From: Candidatus Kapaibacterium sp.
GTDB lineage: Bacteria > Bacteroidota > Ignavibacteria > Kapaibacteriales > UBA2268
Direction: 5' to 3'
NCBI GenBank assembly: GCA_963664875.1
Contig: OY761611.1
Coordinates: 1,568,001 to 1,632,000, forward strand
Length of the DNA: 64,000 nucleotides
Shown here: positions 9,124 to 18,657 of the stretch, in pieces
How positions within the stretch are numbered: position 1 is the first letter of the stretch
How the letters are laid out: each line of letters begins with the position of its first letter
Made by a program: the position numbers and the translations under genes
Notes under the pieces: model-generated
What the model saw: the letters and a program-made list of their open reading frames with translations, nothing else
Databases searched by the model: none
What the model was told of the DNA's origin: nothing

Positions 9124-10038
9124 TTATTTCATTAATTGGTACATTACTGCTTTTTGAGCGTGCAATCTGTTTTCAGCTTCTTGGAATACATGAGAAGCGT
9201 CAGTGTCGATTACATCAGAGCATACTTCTTCGCCGCGGTGAGCAGGCAAGCAATGCAAGAACATAGCGTCTTTATTTGTGTGGCTAAACAATTCAGCATT
9301 AACCTGATAAGGCATAAAGATTTTTTTACGTTCTGCCGCTTCTGCTTCCTGACCCATAGATGCCCAAACGTCAGTATAAACGACGTCAGCACCTGTTACA
9401 GCTTTAACAACATCGTGTTCTACTTCGATTTTTGCGCCAGTTTCTTTTGCTGCTTCTTGAGCTTCCTGGAAAGCAATCAAGTTTGGTTCGAAACCTACCG
9501 GGCAAGCGATAGTTACATCAACACCTAAGCGAGCACCTGCGAACATCAAAGAGTGAGCAACGTTGTTACCGTCACCAACATAAGTCAATTTCAAACCATC
9601 GAAAGAACCTTTTATTTCTTTGATAGTCATGAAATCTGCCATAGCCTGGCATGGGTGAGTGTAGTCAGTAAGACCATTGATGATTGGAATTGTAGTGCAA
9701 GCAGCCATTCTGTCAACAATAGAGTGAGCAAAAGTACGAATCATGATACCGTCAGCCATACGACCAAGTACACGGCCGATATCTTCTACAGATTCACGTT
9801 TGCCAAGGCTGATTTCTTGTGGAGAAAGATAAAGAGAGTAACCGCCTAACTGCTGGATACCGATATCGAAAGAAGCTCTTGTACGAAGAGAAGGTTTTTC
9901 GAATATCAAAGCAAGAGTTTTGCCTTTCAATGCTTCAGCATATTTAGCTTTGTTGTTTTTCATATCAATCGCCAAATCGATAGTATCGATTACTTCCTGG
10001 CGAGTGAAATCGGTCACTTTCAAAAAGTCTTTAGTCAT
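9124..10038 (-). CDS. argF: Ornithine carbamoyltransferase
   Basis: FEKPSLRT, HPCQAMAD, GDGNNVAHS, TDVWASMG, HCLPAHRG. Confidence 0.96.
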   Translation of the reverse strand: MTKDFLKVTDFTRQEVIDTIDLAIDMKNNKAKYAEALKGKTLALIFEKPSLRTRASFDIGIQQLGGYSLYLSPQEISLGKRESVEDIGRVLGRMADGIMIRTFAHSIVDRMAACTTIPIINGLTDYTHPCQAMADFMTIKEIKGSFDGLKLTYVGDGNNVAHSLMFAGARLGVDVTIACPVGFEPNLIAFQEAQEAAKETGAKIEVEHDVVKAVTGADVVYTDVWASMGQEAEAAERKKIFMPYQVNAELFSHTNKDAMFLHCLPAHRGEEVCSDVIDTDASHVFQEAENRLHAQKAVMYQLMK

Positions 10039-10484
10039 GGTATTTCTCCGAATTTTGTTTGAAAAAAATATATAATAGTTTGGGAAATTACTTAGTCATC
10101 TAACTTACCAAAAATACAAAACTTGAAATTCCAATCTAATGAAATTTCCTATGTTAAGTGTTTAAATTGAAACAAAAAACTGTGAATAATTATATTAAAC
10201 AGGTGCGTCAGTAGCGTAGTGCATGAATTGAGTGATCTTGCTTGATCTGTTTTTGGGCGTACTGATTGACCTCGATATGATATACCGAGTTAAAAGCTTA
10301 GCAGAAAGATATTTATACAAAAATCTCATTTCTTTAGATTCCGCTTTTATGAGCCAATCCACTATGAAAGAGGCAATTTATAAAAATTGGCATAAAACAA
10401 AAATTTTTTCTGATTAATATTCAAAAACCAACAATGTCTATTCAACTGTCCTCTCTAACCATATCCTATCTCTCCGGCTTCTAT

Positions 10485-11495
10485 TTATGCTTTCTTCTCA
10501 TTGTGAAATTTTCCGACTGCCTCTGCTATTGCCTCTGCAAATATCAATTTCATATCGTCTTTGGTTTTTTCGTCATCGGTAGGTGGAGTCAATATTATTT
10601 TTTTTGAGGTATAAGGTCCCCATCTTTTAGCTGAAATATGCGGAGTGTTAGGGTAGAGCCCTACTACGTTTGCACCAAATCCGGCAGCTATGTGGAGCAC
10701 CCCTGTAGAATTTGCTACAAGTGTATCTGCGAGGTGAGTCAAAGCCATTAGTTGCAACAAATTGAACTTACCTGATAAATCTACACATTCGGGACATATT
10801 TTTTTTATTACATTGCAGGCTTCCATCTCCTGCTTTGAGCCGGTAAGCACTATATGAAGTTCATACTGTTGACTGATAATCTTTGCGGCTTCGCCTAAGG
10901 TAGGCAGTGGCACATCTTTGGCAGAACCACCACTACCGGGATGAATGATAGCAAAAGGAAATCTCACTCCGCTATCTGCCATTTGTTGTTTCACTTCCTC
11001 ATAAATACTTTTATCTAACACAGGCGAGGATAGCTTAACAGGTAAACTCTCTCCTATCAGTTGCTCAATCATATTTACATTATACTCTGCTTCGTGTTTG
11101 TCCGAAACCTTTCTATGAGTCGCAATTTTGTGATTTGCAAAAAAAGAGTACCAACGAAAAGCTGACGAAACCCTATGTTTTATACCTGCAAAAAATGCTG
11201 CCTTTAGCTCATCAAATCTTGGCCTGGGAAAGAATACGATGTCAGGCTTCTCATTTGAAAATATTTCTTTGATGCCATTCTGAAAATCTTCAATAAAGAA
11301 TACTCTATCTAAAGCAGGATTATTTTCAAGAAGAGGAGCTGTATAGCGTGACGCAATAAAAATAATTTCTTTATCAGGAAATTTTTCTTTTAGTGCGACC
11401 CCCATGGGCAGCGTCAACACCATATCTCCTATTTTATCAGTACGAACAACAGCAATTTTTTTTGCTCTATTAAAAATATTTTTATTCTTTATCAT
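10485..11495 (-). CDS. Glycosyltransferase family 9 (LPS heptosyltransferase-like)
   Basis: RTDKIGDMVLTLP, IHPGSGG, NSTGVLHIAA. Confidence 0.9.
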   Translation of the reverse strand: MIKNKNIFNRAKKIAVVRTDKIGDMVLTLPMGVALKEKFPDKEIIFIASRYTAPLLENNPALDRVFFIEDFQNGIKEIFSNEKPDIVFFPRPRFDELKAAFFAGIKHRVSSAFRWYSFFANHKIATHRKVSDKHEAEYNVNMIEQLIGESLPVKLSSPVLDKSIYEEVKQQMADSGVRFPFAIIHPGSGGSAKDVPLPTLGEAAKIISQQYELHIVLTGSKQEMEACNVIKKICPECVDLSGKFNLLQLMALTHLADTLVANSTGVLHIAAGFGANVVGLYPNTPHISAKRWGPYTSKKIILTPPTDDEKTKDDMKLIFAEAIAEAVGKFHNEKKA

Positions 11496-11575
11496 ATCAA
11501 ATTGGCTTACTTTTTGTTATAATTGCAAATAAATATCAGCAGTAACAAACAAGTCTCGAATATTATCTAACATAG

Positions 11576-12448
11576 ATGAAACTATTATCTTCAATATTGA
11601 TTATACTTGCTTTTGCAACATTTATTTGGAGCAATACTTCCAACAATGTTGCCATTGCTACTAACAAATCTAAGCATCTTGATAATCAATCCAAAAAGAT
11701 TAATAATTATTTGCCTCATTTCAAAGATACTATTTACGTGCTTGGCGATTCATATATCGAACTCCCTCTGAAGGAACAGTACGCTTATGTCTTCCGTCGC
11801 AACAAACCTACACTTAGGCTACCTGTTTCAAGTGGTAACAATAAGCTACACAAAGGTATAAAAACACGAACAGGCTTATTTGCAGTGCAAAGCAAGCTAA
11901 GAAAGGCTATATCCAAACAATTTAATAATGCCGAATTGATAAATTGGATTGGTTTCAATTATAACATTGGTTTCCATGGACTATCGAGCTCCGGTTACTA
12001 CAGCTATCTCGGCAAAAAACCATCTTCTCACGGTTGTGTGCGAATTTCACGCGAAGATGGTGATTCTATTTACGTTTCAGTTCAGATAGGCACACCTGTA
12101 ATGGTATATGAAGAAGAACCTGCGAGAGTGTTCCGATTTATTGACTCTGTGGAACTTTCTCAACGCAATTACATCACACTCCGTGAGCGTGGAGAAATGC
12201 AGAAATACATTTTAGATAGTCGCTTGGCTGCACTGCAATCAGGCATTACTGACTATCTTGAAGATTTGGCTATAGTGATGGACGGCACCACTCAGCTAAG
12301 ACCCGGCTCGTATGATATCGGCATTTATAGCGAGTGCTCTAAACCAAGGCCTATTATTGAATCTGATTTTACCTTAGAATCAAAAGATAATACTAATATC
12401 TCTATGTCGATTAATAATTTGAACAATCCACAAACAAAAACAGAATAG
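11576..12448 (+). CDS. L,D-transpeptidase (YkuD domain)
   Basis: IGFHG...SHGCVR catalytic motif; N-terminal hydrophobic anchor. Confidence 0.88.
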   Translation: MKLLSSILIILAFATFIWSNTSNNVAIATNKSKHLDNQSKKINNYLPHFKDTIYVLGDSYIELPLKEQYAYVFRRNKPTLRLPVSSGNNKLHKGIKTRTGLFAVQSKLRKAISKQFNNAELINWIGFNYNIGFHGLSSSGYYSYLGKKPSSHGCVRISREDGDSIYVSVQIGTPVMVYEEEPARVFRFIDSVELSQRNYITLRERGEMQKYILDSRLAALQSGITDYLEDLAIVMDGTTQLRPGSYDIGIYSECSKPRPIIESDFTLESKDNTNISMSINNLNNPQTKTE

Positions 12449-12457
12449 AAAAAATCT

Positions 12458-13690
12458 ATGGATCAGGAATTTATCAAGAAGCAAACTGCAGTGTTTGGTT
12501 CAATTGTTTTGAGTATTATTGCTCTCATTGGCTTTATGTCTAAAACCGGAATTTTAGCAAGGCCAATGGCTCTGATACTCATACCATTATTTTTACTTTT
12601 CCCTTACAGACGGGAATCATTATTTGTAAAGCGAATGATTATCCTGGCTTCAATTCTGTTTATAGTTTGGATACTATCAGATTTGGGAGCAGCTATTCTT
12701 CCATTCTTTTTATCATTTCTGATAGCTTATATTTTAGACCCGTTTGTGGTTTATCTGACTACAAAAAAAATACCACGCTGGTTGGCATCTATCTCAATAG
12801 TCGGATTTTTTGTAGGACTTGTTACAGGTGTCGCTGTCGGCGTTTTCCCAACGATCTTTTCTCAGTTAGACCAAGTTCTTACTACTCTCTCCGGATTGGT
12901 AAAAACAATGTCAGACTATCTTGAAAGCAAAGAGTTTTATGCTACTCTTTCTGAATTCGGACTCAAACAAAAGCAGATGAAGCCCATCATTCAAAAAGAG
13001 TTTATTCCTGAATTGCAAAATCTCTTTGAATTGATATTGCACTCTTTGCTCAGTTTTTTCAAAAGTCTGCAAAGCGTAGCGACTCAGCTTTTTAATGCAA
13101 TAATAATTCCGGTATTAGCATTTTACCTTCTTAAAGATTTTGATAAACTGAAGCGTTTAATCAAATCTTTAGTAGGCAAAAAAGATCCTAAAATGCTCAA
13201 TGATTTGAAAAGGATAAATCAAATTATAAGAAAATACATTGGCTGGCAGATTCTTGCAGCTCTTATTGTTGCTACTACTACTTCTATCGCATTTTCTTTG
13301 TACGGGATCCCATACCCTATAGTTTTGGGCATACTTTGCGGTGTATTCAACCCGATACCTTATTTAGGTATTTTTATAAGTATGGTGATTGGCATATTTA
13401 CAGTTGTGTTGGTAGATCCTTCTATGGTTTGGTCGCAGGGGATGTTCATTATTTTAGTAATTTCTGCCCTGCACTTTATCAACGCATATTTCCTCGAACC
13501 TAACATTGCAGGTAAACAGGTAGGTTTGCATCCTGTGATGTTAATTGCTTCTCTATTTATTTTTGGTACTCTGTTTGGCTTAGTAGGTCTCTTGATAGCT
13601 GTGCCCGGTGCTGCTATACTTATGATGTTTTTCAATGACTGGCGCGATAAAACAGAACGAAAAGATAATATCATTATCGACAATCATTAG
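12458..13690 (+). CDS. AI-2E family transporter
   Basis: AYILDPFV, IPYLG, VGLHPV and GLLIAVP motifs; multi-pass membrane protein. Confidence 0.9.
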   Translation: MDQEFIKKQTAVFGSIVLSIIALIGFMSKTGILARPMALILIPLFLLFPYRRESLFVKRMIILASILFIVWILSDLGAAILPFFLSFLIAYILDPFVVYLTTKKIPRWLASISIVGFFVGLVTGVAVGVFPTIFSQLDQVLTTLSGLVKTMSDYLESKEFYATLSEFGLKQKQMKPIIQKEFIPELQNLFELILHSLLSFFKSLQSVATQLFNAIIIPVLAFYLLKDFDKLKRLIKSLVGKKDPKMLNDLKRINQIIRKYIGWQILAALIVATTTSIAFSLYGIPYPIVLGILCGVFNPIPYLGIFISMVIGIFTVVLVDPSMVWSQGMFIILVISALHFINAYFLEPNIAGKQVGLHPVMLIASLFIFGTLFGLVGLLIAVPGAAILMMFFNDWRDKTERKDNIIIDNH

Positions 13691-13727
13691 TGTCTCTGGT
13701 TATTATTAGACACAAGATTTTGACAAT

Positions 13728-13763
13728 AATGCCGACTTATAGATTATAGGTCGGTTTTATTTT
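13728..13763 (+). terminator. Putative intrinsic terminator
   Basis: CCGACTTATA-GAT-TATAGGTCGG stem followed by TTTTATTTT. Confidence 0.65.
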
Positions 13764-13900
13764 ATCAGATTTCTATATGTTATATAGCCATATCTTTTGT
13801 GCTGTAGAGCGGTTTGCATTGGATTTGTTTTATATATCAGACTACACTTTAGGATACCTTACATAACACAGAGCCGTAACATAGCCTATCCGGTCAAACG

Positions 13901-13916
13901 TGGCACATTACTTGAT
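13901..13916 (+). promoter_or_regulatory. Possible sigma54 promoter (non-canonical -12)
   Basis: TGGCAC-ATTAC-TTGA(T): GG-N10-GA, about 45 nt upstream of ATG 13962. Confidence 0.35.
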
Positions 13917-13961
13917 AGTTAAGTAATCCAAGCTATATACTTCAATTATTATGGCGAAAAT

Positions 13962-15401
13962 ATGCAAAAATCAATGTTATATATAATCCTGCTACTTTTT
14001 GGTTTTGCAGCCGCTACGGCTCAAAGCATCAAAATAGTAAGGACCGATGTGGACAGCACTCGCTCGAGCTTTGTAACATCTACTTACGTCTTTGGGATAG
14101 ATATATATGCTATGGACGTGGAAGACTGCAATGAGGTCAATTTTAATCTCTTCTTTGACAACATTGACGTTGTTAAATTTTCAGGATACGAAAACACTGA
14201 ATTCACTTCAAACGGCGGCTTTTGTAGGCCTCAATACTTCGAAAATGTAGCGGCTAATACCGCTTCAATATATGTAGGTGCACTTTCCGGAGAAACAAAA
14301 CAAGAAGCGACAGCAGACAACCCAAGAGTGATACATTTAGAATTTGTAGTCAATCAGTCTGCTTTAAACAATTCGGAATTAACTTTTACAATCACTGACG
14401 CAGAGGCGATTGTCAAAGCAGAAGTGTCGCCGATTGATCTTCTCGCAGAAGAAACAGTTTACAATATACATAGTTTTATGAATGTTTGGCCCGGAGACGC
14501 AGATAATAATGGCTTAGTCGAAATGTCGGATATCAATGTAATTGGCTTATATATGGGTATGGGCTCCGCTACTAAGCAGATGCGCAGCTTCAAACGTCCA
14601 AATGCCAGTACCTTATGGCATGCACAGCAAGTCCTTGCTTGGGACTCATTGCCCGTAACTTATGCGGACTGCGACGGTAACGGCGATGTTACTGTTTCAG
14701 ACGCACATGTTGTGGTGCTAAATATAGGTAAAACTCATGTGCCGGGAGCGGGCATAGCTAATCAGACTAATCAAATAAAAGACCTTTTCCCTAAAGTCAA
14801 ATATCCTGATTCGTATGACAGACAGAGTCTGTTTATTTCTTCTAACAGAGAGGTTATCTCCGTATCTGGTAGAATATATATCACAGGAATTCTCGCTGAT
14901 GAATTTGTAGGTTTAGAGCTTTCCGAAGCATTTAATGACGAAAACTCGTTTTTGTATTATAAATACAATGAGGATGATATGTACGTTGACTTTATTGCAG
15001 GAAGTTTCAGTCATAATGTCTGCAAAGGTGATGCCGAATTAGTAGATGTAGTAATCAAAGGCAACAATCACAAAATGTTTGGAATTACTGCTCAAGAGCT
15101 TTTGGGTATGAGTAAAAGCGGAAGTCTGATGCCTTTAAGTCATACAACTGCTATTGAGACTACAGACAAACCGAAACAATCTTTGTCATACAACAAAGGT
15201 TTGCTCTTGCTCAACAATTCAGCTTTTTCCGGAGAAATTGAGCTAAAAGTTTACACCTATGCAGGAAGCGAAGTTCTTGTAAGAAGAGCCTATGCGAATG
15301 GCAATCTTGCTTTAAATATTGGCGAATTGCCTATTGGTACTTACTTGCTATTTATCAGTGACGGGAAAAAATACAGTAGCTTCAAATTTGTAGCTGAGTA
15401 A
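13962..15401 (+). CDS. Secreted protein with a cohesin-like domain, dockerin-like repeats and a T9SS-type C-terminal domain
   Basis: Signal peptide; WPGDADNNGLVEMSD and ADCDGNGDVTVSD Ca-binding repeats; C-terminal LPIGTYLLFI...KFVAE. Confidence 0.7.
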   Translation: MQKSMLYIILLLFGFAAATAQSIKIVRTDVDSTRSSFVTSTYVFGIDIYAMDVEDCNEVNFNLFFDNIDVVKFSGYENTEFTSNGGFCRPQYFENVAANTASIYVGALSGETKQEATADNPRVIHLEFVVNQSALNNSELTFTITDAEAIVKAEVSPIDLLAEETVYNIHSFMNVWPGDADNNGLVEMSDINVIGLYMGMGSATKQMRSFKRPNASTLWHAQQVLAWDSLPVTYADCDGNGDVTVSDAHVVVLNIGKTHVPGAGIANQTNQIKDLFPKVKYPDSYDRQSLFISSNREVISVSGRIYITGILADEFVGLELSEAFNDENSFLYYKYNEDDMYVDFIAGSFSHNVCKGDAELVDVVIKGNNHKMFGITAQELLGMSKSGSLMPLSHTTAIETTDKPKQSLSYNKGLLLLNNSAFSGEIELKVYTYAGSEVLVRRAYANGNLALNIGELPIGTYLLFISDGKKYSSFKFVAE

Positions 15402-15451
15402 ACTACGGCATATTTTAATTTGTACATCTTAGAGAGAATAGCTAAAGTTCT

Positions 15452-16105
15452 CTATAAGTCAATATAGTTGTGCTTAATCGCATATTTTATCAAATCAACA
15501 GTCGTTTTCAAATCTAATTTTTGCATAATGTGATTTTTATGCGATTCGACCGTTCGAACAGAAATGAATAATTTATCGGATATTTCAGCATTGGTATGCC
15601 CCTCCGCAAAGAGTTTCAGAACTTCCTTTTCTCTTTTTGTCAGCTCTTCAGTGCCGTTGTTCTCTTTCTTGTTCTGCACATTATTTACATAGCTTTTCAG
15701 GATAATCCCTGATATTTCATTGCTAAAGTACTCATCTCCGTTAAATATCGATTTGACTGCAGCAATTAGCTCTTTTCTATTTGTGTTCTTTGGCAAATAT
15801 CCTTTCGCACCAGCTTCGATTGCTTTCAAAATAAACTCTTCGTTTATATACATTGAAAGCATAAGCACAGCAATATTCGGATACTTCGTTTTTAGAATAT
15901 TACATATTTGAATGCCTGACACATCCGGCAATGAAATATCCAAAATAATAATATCACATTTTTTGTTGTCCAAATAAATCTGCAATTCTTCAAAATTGGA
16001 GGCTTCCCCGACAATTTCAATGTTGTCTTCAGTTTGAAGAACAGACTTGATACCATCGCGTACTAAAGCATGGTCATCAACCAGAATAATCCTAATTTTG
16101 TCCAT
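15452..16105 (-). CDS. NarL/LuxR family response regulator
   Basis: VDDHALVR receiver, LDISLP, LTKREKEVL...SVRTVESHK HTH. Confidence 0.95.
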   Translation of the reverse strand: MDKIRIILVDDHALVRDGIKSVLQTEDNIEIVGEASNFEELQIYLDNKKCDIIILDISLPDVSGIQICNILKTKYPNIAVLMLSMYINEEFILKAIEAGAKGYLPKNTNRKELIAAVKSIFNGDEYFSNEISGIILKSYVNNVQNKKENNGTEELTKREKEVLKLFAEGHTNAEISDKLFISVRTVESHKNHIMQKLDLKTTVDLIKYAIKHNYIDL

Positions 16106-17747
16106 TTAACTTGTCCTTCCCTATAGTAAGTATGACACTTGTCCCCTGCCCGGTGCTACTTTGTATTTCGAAATGAGCTCCAATTGATTCTGCTCTTTCT
16201 CTCATGTTTTGTAAGCCATTTCCATGCACAGATGAAGATAAATCAGTTTGGAATCCCTTCCCCATGTCTTTAATCGCTATAACTAATATATCACTTTGCA
16301 TCTTTATACTCAAGAATATTTTCAATGCTCCGGAATGCTTGATAGCATTATTCAGAGCTTCCTGGACAATCCTGTAGATATTGATTTTCGTTTGCTTAGC
16401 GATGTCTTTTGGCAATTTGTCAGATTCAAAAATAATTTCGAGATTACTATTTACATTCAAAGTTTCAACAAGGTACCTGAGAGAAATTGCTAAGCCAAAC
16501 TCTTTCAATACAGAAGGCATAAGGTTATTAGAGATTCTCCTAATATCATCTATTGCAAGATCGACAGCTCCGGCTAAGACTTTTAGTTTATTGACCGACT
16601 CTTCGTTGAGTGCAGCATAGTTAAAACTTTCAATCTGTAGTTTTAGAGCAGTCAAGGTTTGCCCCAGACCATCATGTAACTCTCTGGAAAGTCTTTCCCT
16701 TTCATTTTCTTCCGCTTCCAGTCGGGCAGTGTTTCGGTTTTGCCTTTCAAGGGCTAACTCCACATTTGCAGATTTCAATTCAGCAATCATAGTATTAAAA
16801 GCATTTACCAAATCACCTATTTCATCATTTGAATGCTTTATCTCTATAGGCTTCAGGATTCCTTTTGCAATTTTGGAAGTACTTTTTTGAAGTTCTAAGA
16901 TTGGTCTTGTGATGTTTTTGGAGAAAATAAATACGACAATAAAAATCATCAAGGCAAGTAGAATTGTAGAAAATATAATTTTGTTTCTTATATCATTTAT
17001 TGATTCTATAGCTTCATGATAATCAATTTCTGCAAGTAAACACCACTCTAAGCCTTGTATCTCCATTTTGCCAAAAGAGCTGAATACAGTGATACCTCTG
17101 TAATCATCAAACAGTCCTGTACCTGACTCTCCCTTTAGAGCTTTTGCAACTCCTTCGGTATTTACTTTGATTTTGAGGATAGAATTTTCCTTAAATCTAG
17201 ATGTCGTTCTTAGTAATGAATCCCTACCGACTATATAAGATTCTCCGGAGTTACCTAATCCCGAATTAGGTGAATTTTCCAGCATAACTTTATTTATTAC
17301 AGAATAGTCTATAAGCATATCAATATTATATGCTTTGCCTGCTATTAAATAGGATTTCGAAAGATGAATATTAAGCTCGTCGTTACTGTGATCTTCGTAC
17401 AAATTAAACTTGTCTGCAGTATCAAACTCTTTGTTAACTGCTTTTATTTCAATTGCAGCAATATTCTTATTGTAACTTACAAAATCCTTTATGAGTATAT
17501 TTGAGCTTTGCATATTAACATCTCCGAGCAGTTTAGCAAACATATTCAGCTCACTTTTTCTATCTTCAAAGAAATCATAAATCTGACGGCTCTTTACTAC
17601 CCTGACTGAGGTTAGCTGCTCTAAAGTTCTATTTATAAGTGCATTTTTTGCATCTGCATAGGATACAATACTGACAATTAGTGAAGTACCTACACTAATC
17701 AATATCACATACAAAATCAGCTTATCAGTAATCGAAAACTTGACCAT
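16092..17747 (-). CDS. Sensor histidine kinase (periplasmic Cache-like, HAMP, HisKA_3, HATPase)
   Basis: Two TM helices, DEIGDLVNAFN HAMP, ERERLSRELHDGLGQ, QEALNNAIKHS, GNGLQNMRER; overlaps the cognate regulator. Confidence 0.93.
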   Translation of the reverse strand: MVKFSITDKLILYVILISVGTSLIVSIVSYADAKNALINRTLEQLTSVRVVKSRQIYDFFEDRKSELNMFAKLLGDVNMQSSNILIKDFVSYNKNIAAIEIKAVNKEFDTADKFNLYEDHSNDELNIHLSKSYLIAGKAYNIDMLIDYSVINKVMLENSPNSGLGNSGESYIVGRDSLLRTTSRFKENSILKIKVNTEGVAKALKGESGTGLFDDYRGITVFSSFGKMEIQGLEWCLLAEIDYHEAIESINDIRNKIIFSTILLALMIFIVVFIFSKNITRPILELQKSTSKIAKGILKPIEIKHSNDEIGDLVNAFNTMIAELKSANVELALERQNRNTARLEAEENERERLSRELHDGLGQTLTALKLQIESFNYAALNEESVNKLKVLAGAVDLAIDDIRRISNNLMPSVLKEFGLAISLRYLVETLNVNSNLEIIFESDKLPKDIAKQTKINIYRIVQEALNNAIKHSGALKIFLSIKMQSDILVIAIKDMGKGFQTDLSSSVHGNGLQNMRERAESIGAHFEIQSSTGQGTSVILTIGKDKLNGQN

Positions 17748-17875
17748 TTGGTGCCTGTCTGCAAATTTTTATTCAATCAAGTTAATTCTAAAAAACGAAT
17801 AATCAAACTATTAGATAATATTCTGCCAAATATTTTGTAAGTTTTGGTAATCTTGAACAATGTTTAAAATACAAA

Positions 17876-18211
17876 ATGACTACATACAAGAAAATAAAAA
17901 TAACTGCGGTTGTTATTTCAATAGTGCTGTTTGCTCTTGTAACTCCGTTTTATCTCGGATATGGCAACCCACTTCCTCAGACAGATTATTCAACATTCGA
18001 AAACATTTGGTTGACAGCCATTCCAATTATGTTAATCGGTCTTTTGGTTGGCATTAAATGGGAAAAAGCTGCAGCTTGGATGATAATAATTCCTGTAAGT
18101 ATTGGTTTTGTTTACTCTTTATTAGTATGGGAAGACCCTTGTCTGCCTATGGTATTGCCACTAATTCCGGGGCTTTTATACTGGAAAAGCAGCAAATTAA
18201 GACGAGCATAG
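17876..18211 (+). CDS. Small hypothetical membrane protein
   Basis: 111 aa with about four hydrophobic segments. Confidence 0.7.
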   Translation: MTTYKKIKITAVVISIVLFALVTPFYLGYGNPLPQTDYSTFENIWLTAIPIMLIGLLVGIKWEKAAAWMIIIPVSIGFVYSLLVWEDPCLPMVLPLIPGLLYWKSSKLRRA

Positions 18212-18381
18212 CACTATACTCAAAAAGATAATGCGACATTCACTACAACTATTTACATAGACTGCCATACCAATTATCACTGTGTTTTTTTTGATAATAG
18301 ACAGAAAATGTAAAATATAAAAGAACTGATTGAGTCTTCTATATTAGGGGGAGTTTACATAACAAAACAGGCGACAATACT

Positions 18382-18657
18382 ATGTCAAAAAGAGCAGTAG
18401 GCAAAGCAAGACAAAGGAGCTTGGATCTTAGCAAGGATACTCCCTCTAAAAAAGTGAAAGATGATGAGAACCTCGCTATTAATAAGCTTAGGAAAAAGCT
18501 GGCTCACAGCGGCACAATCGATGAGGCTTTTGAGCAGAAAGTATTGGAATTTAACAAGGCTTTACGCAAAAAGGCATCATACGAGATTTATGGTGTACTT
18601 CACACGATTATGACCGATGACGATAAAAAGGTAAAACGTTCTTATAGCTCAGATTGA
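18382..18657 (+). CDS. Small basic hypothetical protein
   Basis: 91-aa ORF with plausible composition; 3' end overlaps the convergent recQ by 16 nt. Confidence 0.55.
   Translation: MSKRAVGKARQRSLDLSKDTPSKKVKDDENLAINKLRKKLAHSGTIDEAFEQKVLEFNKALRKKASYEIYGVLHTIMTDDDKKVKRSYSSD

Noticed and set aside
10181-10200. ARG box upstream of argF (TGAATAATTATATT)
   Set aside because: Only a half match in AT-rich DNA, and no argR is visible in the window.
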